Shown here piece by piece: positions 20,274-29,592 of a DNA stretch of 64,000 bases. How positions within the stretch are numbered: position 1 is the stretch's first letter; each line of letters begins with the position of its first letter. Origin of the DNA: Spirochaetia bacterium (GTDB lineage Bacteria; Spirochaetota; Spirochaetia; DSM-27196; Salinispiraceae). The notes beneath the pieces were generated by a model. It saw only the letters and a list, made by a program, of their open reading frames with translations, ran no database searches and was not told the DNA's origin. Position numbers and translations under genes: made by a program. The DNA lies in contig JBBRCZ010000001.1 of assembly GCA_038204425.1 (NCBI GenBank), forward strand, positions 512,639 through 576,638. Reading direction: 5' to 3'.

Positions 20274-21252
20274 ATGGTACTGACTTGCCACGGATGGCTG
20301 TAAAGAGCTTGTACCAATCTTCTCGGCTGATAGCAACTGAACTTGCCTGGCTAGAAAGTTCTATTCGTTCTAGCTGAGTGCTTCCAATTACTGGCAAAAT
20401 TTTTGCTGGGTGCTTCATCAGCCAAGCCAGAACAATCGCTTCTTTACTCGTTTCATAAACAAGTGCCATTTCAGCAACTACGGCAGCGCATCTATCCAAT
20501 TGAGGGTCTTGACCACTGAGTTGCCTGCCGCTGAGTCTACCTTGGGCAAGCGCCCCCCAAGCTTGCAGACTTATGCCGTGCAGCTGACAGTAGTTGATTG
20601 TATCATTGATGCAAGCGAGTGGACGGGAGCTAGGCTGATTTACGAGTATTCCACCTTCGACAAAATCGTGATGAACCAAGCTTAGTTCCAGTTGATTGCT
20701 AACAAGTTTCTGTCCAAGTGCGCTTTGCAAGAGTTGAATCTGAGAGGCAGAAAAGTTGCTCACGCCAAAATATCTCACTAAACCATGCCTAGAAAGGCTA
20801 TCCAAGACTTCTGCGAGCTCAAAAATATCCATCAGTGGATCCGGCCTGTGCAACAATAAAATGTCTAGGTACTGACACTGCAGCCGCCCGAGGCTTCCCA
20901 ATACCGAAGCCTCAATGTGCTCTCTAGAAAAATCGTAGCGGCCAACCCCAACACTTTCTGCTGATCCAGCTTGGCGAATACCACACTTACTTTGAATCAC
21001 TAGGTCTTTTCTCAAGCTCCAGTTTTTGGCCAAAAAATTTCCAAATAGCTGTTCTGGCCGACCACCGGCATAGATGTCTGCGTGGTCAAAAAAGCTAAAC
21101 CCGCATTCTAATGCTTTTAGAATAACTAACTCGGCCTTTTGAGTTTGTTGCTCAAAGCTTGCTTGACTATGCCATGCTCCGGCCAGTCCCATACAGCCAA
21201 AAATTAGCCTGGAAACACTAAGATCTGTATTTGGTAAACTTAAATACTCCAT
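20272..21252 (-). CDS. Aldo/keto reductase (YdhF-like)
   Basis: FDHADIY, IQSKCGI, LLLHRPDPL and GVSNF motifs. Confidence 0.9.
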   Translation of the reverse strand: MEYLSLPNTDLSVSRLIFGCMGLAGAWHSQASFEQQTQKAELVILKALECGFSFFDHADIYAGGRPEQLFGNFLAKNWSLRKDLVIQSKCGIRQAGSAESVGVGRYDFSREHIEASVLGSLGRLQCQYLDILLLHRPDPLMDIFELAEVLDSLSRHGLVRYFGVSNFSASQIQLLQSALGQKLVSNQLELSLVHHDFVEGGILVNQPSSRPLACINDTINYCQLHGISLQAWGALAQGRLSGRQLSGQDPQLDRCAAVVAEMALVYETSKEAIVLAWLMKHPAKILPVIGSTQLERIELSSQASSVAISREDWYKLFTAIRGKSVP

Positions 21253-21269
21253 CTTGATCCTTTTGGCAC

Positions 21270-22622
21270 TTACAAAATATTTTTGTGGAGAGCCTCAATA
21301 GCAGCGTTTAAGGCTGATTGGGCAACTACCAACGACAAGTTGATGTCGCTGGCGCCCATGGTTATCAGTCTTACTGGGATTGCTTGCAAAGCACTAAAAA
21401 CTTTTAGCAGGAAATCGTTACTTGAGTATAGATTGCGGCCAACAACCGAAACTATCGCAAGCTCAGATTCTATGCTTAGTTCAGAGAATTTTTCCAAATC
21501 ATGTTTTAACGACTTAATGTGCTGTAGATTGTCTACCGTTACTGAAACACAAACCTCGCTAGTGGCAATCAAGTCAACGCTTACTTTGTACTTTTCAAAG
21601 ACCGAAAAGATGGAATCCAAAAACCCCGAGGCATTTAGCATACGTGTTGATCTAACGGTAATTAAGGTAATGTTCTTCTTGCCAGCAATGGCGAGCGGAC
21701 CTTGTCTTTGACTATCTTGATCCTTATCCGAAGAAATGCAGGTTCCACTAAGCTGCGGTCGGTGCGTGTTCTTAACCCAGACCGGAATGCCAAGCTCAAC
21801 CGCTGGAACAATGGTAGACGGGTGAATAACCTTGGCCCCAAAAAAAGCGAGTTCAGCGGCTTCGCCATAGCTGATTTCCGGCAAGACTCTTGCATGAGAA
21901 ATTATCCTTGGGTCAGTAGTCATTATTCCGTCAACATCAGTCCAAATTTCTACTGATTCTGCCGCAAGAGCAGCTCCAATAATTGTTGCAGAATAGTCAC
22001 TGCCACCTCGACCCAAAGTAGTCGTTACTCCATGCTCAGTACTGCCCAAGAAGCCTTGAGTTATAATAAGGTGTCCCGGTTTGGAAACGACTTTTTGGCG
22101 AATTAAGGGATAGCTGAGGTCTTTTTTGAGTTGGGCGCAACCAAACTGATCATCGGTTTTTATAAACTCGCGGGCATCCAAAAGACTGACGGAAATACCT
22201 TTTGCCCTAGCTCGGTAGTAGAGAAGCAAAGTTGATAGACGCTCGCCCAACGACAATAGCATATCATAACTTCTGGCACTCACTTCTCTAATTAGACACA
22301 ATCCTTTGACCATGGCGCTTAGGTCCGTCGTGAGTTTTCTTAGTGCAGAAGTACAGTCCCCAAGCAGCTGATCATGCTTGTCTAACAGCTCTCTCGCGAC
22401 TTTGAGGTGAGATTCTTCTATGCCTAACAAAAGGTCTTGCGCTTCTGCAAGGTTTCCCGCATTGGCATACTTACTAACCGAGACCAGTTTGTCGGTGACG
22501 GTGGTCATCGCGCTAGAAACCAAGACTGGAGATTTTGACAATACCGACTGAGCAATGTTGAGGGTTTTTTCAATCATGTCGGCATTGCCAACACTCGTCC
22601 CACCAAATTTTAAGACTAACAT
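21270..22622 (-). CDS. lysC: Aspartate kinase
   Basis: VLKFGGTSV, TTLGRGGSDYSA, EIWTDVDG and C-terminal ACT domains. Confidence 0.95.
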   Translation of the reverse strand: MLVLKFGGTSVGNADMIEKTLNIAQSVLSKSPVLVSSAMTTVTDKLVSVSKYANAGNLAEAQDLLLGIEESHLKVARELLDKHDQLLGDCTSALRKLTTDLSAMVKGLCLIREVSARSYDMLLSLGERLSTLLLYYRARAKGISVSLLDAREFIKTDDQFGCAQLKKDLSYPLIRQKVVSKPGHLIITQGFLGSTEHGVTTTLGRGGSDYSATIIGAALAAESVEIWTDVDGIMTTDPRIISHARVLPEISYGEAAELAFFGAKVIHPSTIVPAVELGIPVWVKNTHRPQLSGTCISSDKDQDSQRQGPLAIAGKKNITLITVRSTRMLNASGFLDSIFSVFEKYKVSVDLIATSEVCVSVTVDNLQHIKSLKHDLEKFSELSIESELAIVSVVGRNLYSSNDFLLKVFSALQAIPVRLITMGASDINLSLVVAQSALNAAIEALHKNIL

Positions 22623-22680
22623 AGCAGCAATACTTATACCATGTTTGCATGATCGTCAATTACCATGGCTTTTGGAATGG

Positions 22681-22709
22681 TTGCAAACCGACTTGTCTGT
22701 CTTTATACT
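22681..22709 (+). promoter_or_regulatory. sigma70 promoter of punA-dinG (leaderless)
   Basis: TTGCAA-17-TATACT-6-ATG(22716) with no SD. Confidence 0.7.
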
Positions 22710-22715
22710 GTCGAC

Positions 22716-23528
22716 ATGAATAAAGCTTTTGCTCAATCAGTCACCAAAGCAGTTTCATGCATCCGCAAGCATACTGATTGTGTGCCACAAGTTGGCTTGA
22801 TTCTGGGCTCAGGAATGTCTCATGTTGCTCAAGCATTGGGTGGAACCGAGATATCATTTTCCAAGATCAAAGGATTCCCAAACACCAGTGTAGTTGGTCA
22901 TCAAGCAGCTTTGGTCATTAGTCAAGAATGCGCTATTATGGCGGGTAGATTTCATTACTATGAGGGGCATCAGCTTGAGACCGTTGTAAAACCCGTTGCC
23001 GTTTTAGCGAGTCTGGGCGTTAAAACTTTAGTAATAACCAACGCTGCTGGTGGCATAAGGGCTGATTTACAACCAGGCGACCTTGCCTTGATTGAGGATC
23101 ACATCAATTTACAAGGGAACAACCCGTTTATTGGACCCCATGATCCACAATGGGGGCCGCGTTTTCCCGATATGTCAGAGGTCTATAGCTCTCGACTTCG
23201 CAAGCTCTGCGTCAAGCTCGATCCTAAGCTCAAATCAGGCATCTATGCCGCCTTAAGTGGACCAAGTTATGAAACGCCAGCTGAAATTCGCATGTTAAAA
23301 ACAATGGGGGCTGACTTAGTGGGCATGTCAACAGTTCCTGAAGCATTGTTCGCCAAGTCGCTCGGCTTAGAAGTAATCGGAATATCCCTTGTGACTAATG
23401 CTGCGGCTGGTTTAAGTGACAAAACACTAAACCATGACGAAGTGATTCAAGTAGGAAAAACTGCCGAAGCCCGGCTTATAGTCCTGATTGCATCCTTAAT
23501 TAGAGCTTTAAATAGTCGAGCACTTTAG
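22716..23528 (+). CDS. punA: Purine-nucleoside phosphorylase (trimeric type)
   Basis: ILGSG, GRFHYYEG, TNAAGG, GPSYETPAE and VGMSTVPE motifs. Confidence 0.92.
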   Translation: MNKAFAQSVTKAVSCIRKHTDCVPQVGLILGSGMSHVAQALGGTEISFSKIKGFPNTSVVGHQAALVISQECAIMAGRFHYYEGHQLETVVKPVAVLASLGVKTLVITNAAGGIRADLQPGDLALIEDHINLQGNNPFIGPHDPQWGPRFPDMSEVYSSRLRKLCVKLDPKLKSGIYAALSGPSYETPAEIRMLKTMGADLVGMSTVPEALFAKSLGLEVIGISLVTNAAAGLSDKTLNHDEVIQVGKTAEARLIVLIASLIRALNSRAL

Positions 23529-26189
23529 ATGCCCAAAAATTTCCCCAAAAAGAAGGCCGATGTTTTTGAAGGCGTCCAACTAAGCACCAGAGTGGCATCA
23601 GAGGCTGTCGAAAGAATGCGAGAGATTCTCAAAGATCATCAAGGACACGAAGTGCTTTTTGTTTGTGAGCTTGATACGGATGGCAAAGTCAAGTCGGTCA
23701 TTGACCTTGCTCATGGAAGTCCAGGTATGGTACCGGTACCTCGCAAACAAGTCAGTTGCGGACAAGTAATTATCCACAACCATCCTTCTGGCTCGATCAG
23801 ACCTTCCGATGCCGATGTCCGACTTTCTGCCCAGCTTGCCGATGAAGGAATTGGAAGCTGGGTTGTGGATAGTGATTTAAAAAGACTGTGTGTAATTGTG
23901 GAAGCCTATCGAGACAGTACGGTACTCTTAGACGAGGACAAGCTCGCAGCAATGATTGACTCAGGTGGCGCCTTATCTCGTCTGGAGCAGCATTTTGAAC
24001 CCCGGTCTGGGCAAATATCCATGTTACGTACGGTGGTTAAAGCATTTAACCAAGAAACCCTTGCCATTATCGAGGCGGGTACTGGTATTGGAAAAACGTT
24101 TGCTTATCTTTTACCTGCCGCCTCTTGGGCTTTGCAAAACAATGAGCGCATTGTCATTAGCACTGCCACCATAAACCTCCAGCAACAAATAATTGATAAG
24201 GACATTCCCTTGATTTCAAAGGTCCTAGGTAGCGAGATTAAAGCAGTCTTGGCTAAGGGTCGAGGAAACTATCTTTGCAAAAAACGATTGCATGAGGCGA
24301 TTGATGAAGAAGGTCTTCTGCTTGATCCCCAAGACGAACTTAGTCACATTGCCCAATGGGCTACAACTAGCAAAGACGGTTCCAAAAGCGATTTTGCTCA
24401 ACTACCAAGCGAAGGTGTTTGGAATAGAATAAACGCTGATGCTGACAACTGTAGTGGCCTATTGTGTACCTACAGAGACGAGTGCTTCTTTTTTAAGGCT
24501 CGTCGCGAGGCAGCTAGTGCCAACATTGTAGTCGCCAATCATCATCTTCTATTTGCCGATGCTGCGATGAGGGCGCAAGGATTAGGTTTTGATGGCACGG
24601 TAGTCTTACCTTCTTTTCAAAGACTCGTCCTAGACGAAGCCCACAATATTGAACAAGGAGCCACCAACTTTTTTGCGCTAACGCTCAACAAGTGGATGGT
24701 GCTAAAATATTCAAATTTAATTCTTAGGCGCAGACGTGGCAGGAACTTTGGTATTCTCGCCCAACTTAATGCTTCCTTACCACAAGACAGCGTCAAAACA
24801 CTTAACCTAGACCAGATAGAAATGCAACTTTTGGCATGCAAAGAAGCTACGTTTTCCTTTGACCAAGAAGCTATCGATATTCTTGGCGGGCAGAATACGA
24901 TTCGCATAAACCTGCAAACTCAAGCACTTCTGGGCAAGTTTATGGTCACAGTTACTCACCTCAACAACAAGTTGCTCCAACTGGTTGAAATACTACAAAA
25001 TTTGCTTACAGAGATTGAGGACCTGCAACTTAGTGGCGAATTGCCAGGTTTCATAGATCTTCAAACTATGATCCGTCGCATCTCAAGCCTTTGCAAAACC
25101 TGTCAGACTTTTAGCAGTTTTGAAACACAAAATGACAAGGTTTTGTGGATCGAACGAGAGCGCCTTTCATCAGGGGAAAATTTCGCTCACTTGATAGCCT
25201 GCCCTCTCGACATCGCTCCACGACTTCGCGAGGCATTGTTTAAACCCTACGCAAGCATAGTGCTCACCAGCGCCACCTTAACAACGAACAATCGTTTTGA
25301 TTGGTGGGCGCAACGACTTGGCCTAAGAGAAGCAAAAACCATCGCTGGTCCGACTCTTCAAGCGCCGCCCGATGAATGGTCAGGCTACGATAGTTCTTGG
25401 TACGGTTTTGACCAACAAAGCCAGTGGAAGGAAGAAAAGAAGGCAACAGTTAGTGATCCCCACGCACTAGAAAGCTTACAACTGCCATACATCGACAGGT
25501 CAGCCTTTCGCATCAGGGTTCAATCACCCTTCGACTACCTAAATCGAGTGCTATTGGCGATACCGGACGATGCCCCCGACCCTGCTTCCGAAAATTATCA
25601 AAACTATCTAAGTAGCTTTATCGTTAAGGGTCTACGCATCTCTGGTGGACACGCCTTAGTTTTGTTCACCTCATATGACATGCTGAGTAAAACTTGGGAG
25701 CAAGTAAAAAAGCAACTAGAAGGAAGTAATGTAACTCTGTTTAAACAGGGTGATATGGAACGATCCCGCCTGCTCAGTCAGTTTACTCTTGATATCAGCA
25801 GTTGTTTGTTTGCAACCGAAAGCTTTTGGGAGGGGGTCGACAGTCCGGGGCAAACACTGCAAGTGGTGATACTATGCCGTCTGCCTTTTAAAGTCCCAAG
25901 TGAACCGCTTCAGATAGCTCGTAGTGAAACAATTGCTGCCAATGGCGGAAACCCATTTACTGAGCTTTCGGTCCCTGAAGCGGTTATGAAGTTTCGTCAG
26001 GGTTTTGGGCGCCTTATGCGTCGCACAGAAGACTTTGGAATAGTCTTGGTGCCAGACCGGCGCATAGTGAGCAAATCATATGGAAAGACTTTTCTTAATA
26101 GTCTGCCACCTTGCGGCAAGATAGTTGCCTCAACTGATGTAATTTTTGAAGAAATGCAGCGATTTCTTACCAGAATGCGTACGACATAA
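23529..26189 (+). CDS. dinG: DinG/YoaA-family helicase with an N-terminal JAB domain
   Basis: HNHPSG..PSDAD at the N-terminus; EAGTGIGKT, Fe-S cysteines, DEAH and QGFGRLMR motifs. Confidence 0.9.
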   Translation: MPKNFPKKKADVFEGVQLSTRVASEAVERMREILKDHQGHEVLFVCELDTDGKVKSVIDLAHGSPGMVPVPRKQVSCGQVIIHNHPSGSIRPSDADVRLSAQLADEGIGSWVVDSDLKRLCVIVEAYRDSTVLLDEDKLAAMIDSGGALSRLEQHFEPRSGQISMLRTVVKAFNQETLAIIEAGTGIGKTFAYLLPAASWALQNNERIVISTATINLQQQIIDKDIPLISKVLGSEIKAVLAKGRGNYLCKKRLHEAIDEEGLLLDPQDELSHIAQWATTSKDGSKSDFAQLPSEGVWNRINADADNCSGLLCTYRDECFFFKARREAASANIVVANHHLLFADAAMRAQGLGFDGTVVLPSFQRLVLDEAHNIEQGATNFFALTLNKWMVLKYSNLILRRRRGRNFGILAQLNASLPQDSVKTLNLDQIEMQLLACKEATFSFDQEAIDILGGQNTIRINLQTQALLGKFMVTVTHLNNKLLQLVEILQNLLTEIEDLQLSGELPGFIDLQTMIRRISSLCKTCQTFSSFETQNDKVLWIERERLSSGENFAHLIACPLDIAPRLREALFKPYASIVLTSATLTTNNRFDWWAQRLGLREAKTIAGPTLQAPPDEWSGYDSSWYGFDQQSQWKEEKKATVSDPHALESLQLPYIDRSAFRIRVQSPFDYLNRVLLAIPDDAPDPASENYQNYLSSFIVKGLRISGGHALVLFTSYDMLSKTWEQVKKQLEGSNVTLFKQGDMERSRLLSQFTLDISSCLFATESFWEGVDSPGQTLQVVILCRLPFKVPSEPLQIARSETIAANGGNPFTELSVPEAVMKFRQGFGRLMRRTEDFGIVLVPDRRIVSKSYGKTFLNSLPPCGKIVASTDVIFEEMQRFLTRMRTT

Positions 26190-26262
26190 AAAAAGCTACC
26201 CTAGAATCACTTCTATGGTAGCTACGCGCCACAACACCTTCTTAGGACTGATGACCAAAGAA

Positions 26263-26526
26263 TTATTGGATGATGGCAATCAATTCAGAAAAACGAACAA
26301 CCAGATGTTCATCGGCTTCTATTTTAACAGCAGTGCCCACGTACTTGTCATACATAACACGATCGCCAGCTTTTACTTTGATAGTTTCGTCATCGCCAAT
26401 TGCGACGACGGTTGCTACCTGTGTCTTTTCTTGGGCATTTTGTGGAATAAAAAGTCCACCCTTTGTCTTTTCTTCGGCGGCCTCGACTTTTATCAAGACT
26501 CGATCGCCAAGTGGCTGAAGTTTCAT
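26263..26526 (-). CDS. groES: Co-chaperonin GroES
   Basis: MKLQPLGDRVLIK...KTKGGLFIP..AQEK; AGGAGG SD. Confidence 0.95.
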   Translation of the reverse strand: MKLQPLGDRVLIKVEAAEEKTKGGLFIPQNAQEKTQVATVVAIGDDETIKVKAGDRVMYDKYVGTAVKIEADEHLVVRFSELIAIIQ

Positions 26527-26578
26527 GAAAACCTCCTTATTTAGAGTTTGTCAAAAATAGGTATTTATTAACTTGTTT

Positions 26579-26607
26579 AATATATGGACAAGATCGACCA
26601 AGGTCAA
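26579..26607 (-). promoter_or_regulatory. sigma70 promoter of groES
   Basis: TTGACC-17-TATATT on the minus strand. Confidence 0.65.
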
Positions 26608-26656
26608 GGAAAATCGTAAGCCATTTCGCCTGCAAGCAAAGCAATATTGATTAAAA

Positions 26657-26758
26657 TGGGTCATAATGACGCGGCTTACTTAGCGCCAGCATTGGTTGCG
26701 ACATTCTGACCCACATAGCTCGATCTTAAACATCAATTCTACTTTTCTGACCCATTTT
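26657..26758. promoter_or_regulatory. Candidate upstream activator boxes for a sigma54 activator
   Basis: TGGGTCATAATGACGC (26657-72), its near-inverse GCGACATTCTGACCCA (26698-713) and a half-site TTCTGACCCATTTT (26745-58). Confidence 0.5.
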
Positions 26759-26924
26759 GTGAAAATTTCTTAACTCAGAACTGATTTTTTTTAACTATTC
26801 TGTTCAAAACCGCTTGATTTCAACTTGTCAGAAAACACTCATTTCTTTTTATTTTTCACCCTTTTCATTATATCAAAAGGAATTAATTGATCCCCCAAGT
26901 TTAATTTGGATACAGAAAATTTTC

Positions 26925-26941
26925 TTGGCACGAGTATTGCA
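26925..26941 (+). promoter_or_regulatory. sigma54 (-24/-12) promoter
   Basis: TTGGCACGAGTATTGCA matches TGGCACG-N4-TTGC exactly and ends 21 nt before the ATG. Confidence 0.88.
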
Positions 26942-26962
26942 TTATAGCAAGTGGAGGATTTC

Positions 26963-27841
26963 ATGAGCACTTATCAAAAACCCATTTCACAGTACAGAAA
27001 CGACACGGTTGATTCAGAGAATGTTATTTCAATGTATCTAAAAGAAATTAATAGAATACCGCTTCTCACCCGACAGGAAGAAGACACCTGCGCAAGAGCA
27101 GCAGCCAAGGGCGATCAAAATGCAAAACACAAGCTTGTTCAGTCTAATTTACGCTTTGTTGTAAATGTAGCAAAAAAATACCAAAACCAAGGTCTTCCAC
27201 TTTCTGATTTAATTAGTGAAGGAAATATTGGACTAATGAATGCCATCGACCGCTATGATGTCGACAAGGGCTACCACTTTATTTCCTATGCGGTCTGGTG
27301 GATACGGCAGTCAATCCTCAAAGCAGTATGTGAAAAGTCACGTATGATTCGCTTGCCACTCAACCGAGCTAATGAGTTGGTCCAGATAGAAAAAGCACGG
27401 AAGGCCATCTATGGAACAAGAAATGACAACGCAGAGCTTGAGCAGATTGCACAGCTGCTCAACATGGACAAAGATCATGTTTCTGACCTAATCAACATCA
27501 GCCGAGATCACATTTCTTTGGACACGCCAGTATATACCGACAGAGACTCTAGTTTCCTTGGTGACTTTATAGAAGATATTGATCGCATTAGTCCGGAAGA
27601 AGAACTTATCAACCAAGGTCTTCGCAACGACATCAATGAAATACTGGATACGCTCTCCCAAAAAGAGTCAGAAATCTTACAATCTAGGTTTGGACTCAAT
27701 GGACGCAAGGCGATGTCGTTGAAAGAAATTGGGGACCAATACTCACTTACCAAGGAACGCATACGTCAGATTGAGAAGAAGGCCATAAAGCGCTTGCAGC
27801 ATCCACAGCGGGCAAGAATTCTTGAATCTTACATTGCGTGA
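26963..27841 (+). CDS. rpoS: RpoS-like group 2 sigma70 factor
   Basis: Regions 1.2-4 present (YLKEINRIPLL, NLRFVVNVAKKY, DLISEGNIGL, YAVWWIRQ, ERIRQIE) and no region 1.1. GGAGG SD and a sigma54 promoter as in spirochaetal rpoS. Confidence 0.75.
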   Translation: MSTYQKPISQYRNDTVDSENVISMYLKEINRIPLLTRQEEDTCARAAAKGDQNAKHKLVQSNLRFVVNVAKKYQNQGLPLSDLISEGNIGLMNAIDRYDVDKGYHFISYAVWWIRQSILKAVCEKSRMIRLPLNRANELVQIEKARKAIYGTRNDNAELEQIAQLLNMDKDHVSDLINISRDHISLDTPVYTDRDSSFLGDFIEDIDRISPEEELINQGLRNDINEILDTLSQKESEILQSRFGLNGRKAMSLKEIGDQYSLTKERIRQIEKKAIKRLQHPQRARILESYIA

Positions 27842-27871
27842 TTGACATTTTTACCCCTCATCTGTTATATT
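27842..27871 (+). promoter_or_regulatory. Promoter of the tRNA operon
   Basis: TTGACA, 18-nt spacer containing TG, TATATT, then a GC-rich discriminator. Confidence 0.75.
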
Positions 27872-27886
27872 CAGGCCCACAAAAGT

Positions 27887-27959
27887 GGGCTGCTAGCTCA
27901 GCTGGTAGAGCATTGCCCTTTTAAGGCACGGGTCACTGGTTCGAATCCAGTGCAGCTCA
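27887..27959 (+). tRNA. tRNA-Lys(TTT)
   Basis: Cloverleaf with anticodon loop CTTTTAA and GGTTCGAATCC T-arm; CCA not encoded. Confidence 0.95.
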
Positions 27960-27979
27960 ATAACCTTTTTTAGGTTCAC

Positions 27980-28051
27980 GTCTCCTTCGTCTAGTGGTTA
28001 GGACAGCGGGTTTTCATCCCGCCAACAGGGGTTCGACTCCCCTAGGAGATG
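27980..28051 (+). tRNA. tRNA-Glu(TTC)
   Basis: GCGGG-TTTTCAT-CCCGC anticodon arm and GGTTCGACTCC T-arm. Confidence 0.95.
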
Positions 28052-28103
28052 AGTGTAATAGTTCTGGCCGTTGGACGGTTTTGACCGGAGACTACGGTGT
28101 CAT

Positions 28104-28175
28104 GTCTCCTTCGTCTAGTGGTTAGGACAGCGGGTTTTCATCCCGCCAACAGGGGTTCGACTCCCCTAGGAGATG
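28104..28175 (+). tRNA. tRNA-Glu(TTC), identical second copy
   Basis: 72 nt identical to 27980-28051. Confidence 0.95.
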
Positions 28176-28211
28176 AAAAAAGCTGTTGTGGAATACCACA
28201 ACAGCTTTTTT
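28176..28211. terminator. Bidirectional terminator
   Basis: aaaaaagctgttgtgg-aata-ccacaacagctttttt. Confidence 0.85.
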
Positions 28212-28238
28212 ATTTTCCATAGGTCGTTGGGATGGCTT

Positions 28239-28709
28239 TTAGAACCAGAAACGAAGTCCTACTGCACCTTGGATATTGAAGCCAAAATCAGCCTGATTGC
28301 TAACCACAATGCCAAGTGCCGGAGCTATTTCAGCAAAGAGTTCAAACCATCTGGTAATAAATAACTGCAAACCAAGTGGCAGACGTGCTCCGATAGCAAA
28401 TTGAGCAGGATCACCAGTCACAATGGCTGCATAGGCACCTAAGCCAACGAAACCTTCTAGCGGTCCAACAACTACACCTTGGATGAGCCACCAGTCAGCA
28501 ATGAGTCCAATGCTAACATTATTGCCACCTAGGTTACCGACACCAATTCCCAACAAGGGAGCGTTGTCTAGTTTTAGTGACAACATGACGTTATTTCCTG
28601 GCAAATTTCCCCAGAAAGGCAGACCAGCTTCGACGCCGATGCCCACTGCAAAGACGCTACCGCAGCCAATTACGGCTATCAGAACCAACAAAACCACAAT
28701 CTTCTTCAT
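28239..28709 (-). CDS. Small outer-membrane beta-barrel (Borrelia BAPKO_0422/DUF3996-like)
   Basis: Signal peptide, GARLPLGLQ, ELFAEIAPALG and terminal GLRFWF. Confidence 0.75.
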   Translation of the reverse strand: MKKIVVLLVLIAVIGCGSVFAVGIGVEAGLPFWGNLPGNNVMLSLKLDNAPLLGIGVGNLGGNNVSIGLIADWWLIQGVVVGPLEGFVGLGAYAAIVTGDPAQFAIGARLPLGLQLFITRWFELFAEIAPALGIVVSNQADFGFNIQGAVGLRFWF

Positions 28710-28827
28710 AGATCCTCCTAATTGTGTGAAAAGTTAATCAACTAATCTAAGAATTGCAAGCTTATACGCTGCTGCTTGATTCTCGCACTTAGTCCGGTTA
28801 CTATTGAATCTGCGGGGGTTTTTACTG

Positions 28828-29583
28828 ATGAGGGTTGTTATTGTTGGTTACGGACGTATGGGAAAGGAAGTGGAAGCTATTTGCTTGGAGCGCGGTCATA
28901 CTATAGTTTGTCGTGTCGATACTTCTGAGAGCCTTGCGGACGTAAAATTTTTAAACGAAGCCACTTTAGATGGGATTGACGGCGTGATTGAGTTCTCCTT
29001 GGCGGATGCGGTTTTAGATCATGCAAAACTATATGCTCAAACAGGAACAAAGGCCGTAATCGGCACAACGGGCTGGGAATCACAAAAGCATCAAGTCGAG
29101 TCCTTAATCAAATCAAGTAAAGCAGCGCTCTTGCACGGCTCTAACTTTTCTATTGGCGCCCATATAATGTTTAAGCTTTCAGCAATGGCCGCTTCCTTAA
29201 TTAAGGACCTTAGTGATTATGATATTGCTGTCCATGAGGTTCATCACAACAAGAAAGTTGACAGCCCTTCTGGAACTGCCCTAAGCATAGCGGAACGCAT
29301 CATTGAAAAGCTTCCAAGAAAAAAAGTAGTGCAATCAAACAGCCTCAATCGGCCAATTGCTCCTGAAGAGCTACATGTGTCGTCTGCACGACTGGGTTCC
29401 ATAGCCGGGATTCATACGGTTCTTTTGGATAGCGCAGCCGATAGCATAGAAATTACTCACACTGCACGTTCAAGAAGGGGCTTGGCATTAGGCTCAGTTC
29501 TTGCCCTTGAGTGGTTGCAAGGCAAACAAGGATTCTTCCGTGTAGAAGACTTTATTGATGAAAAACTTGGACTTGGCAATTGA
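28828..29583 (+). CDS. dapB: 4-hydroxy-tetrahydrodipicolinate reductase
   Basis: GYGRMG, IGTTG, NFSIG and EVHHNKKVDSPSGTA motifs. Confidence 0.95.
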   Translation: MRVVIVGYGRMGKEVEAICLERGHTIVCRVDTSESLADVKFLNEATLDGIDGVIEFSLADAVLDHAKLYAQTGTKAVIGTTGWESQKHQVESLIKSSKAALLHGSNFSIGAHIMFKLSAMAASLIKDLSDYDIAVHEVHHNKKVDSPSGTALSIAERIIEKLPRKKVVQSNSLNRPIAPEELHVSSARLGSIAGIHTVLLDSAADSIEITHTARSRRGLALGSVLALEWLQGKQGFFRVEDFIDEKLGLGN

Positions 29584-29592
29584 GGAGTATCT

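Noticed and set aside
22623..22715. Lysine riboswitch upstream of lysC (or dapB)
   Set aside because: The intergenic regions are too short and show no L-box features.
26263..26610. groES without groEL; CIRCE operator
   Set aside because: A split groES/groEL is common in spirochaetes, and no TTAGCACTC-N9-GAGTGCTAA is seen.
27980..28175. Repeat-spacer-repeat as a CRISPR array
   Set aside because: The repeats are full tRNA-Glu genes. No CRISPR array or cas gene is seen anywhere in the window.
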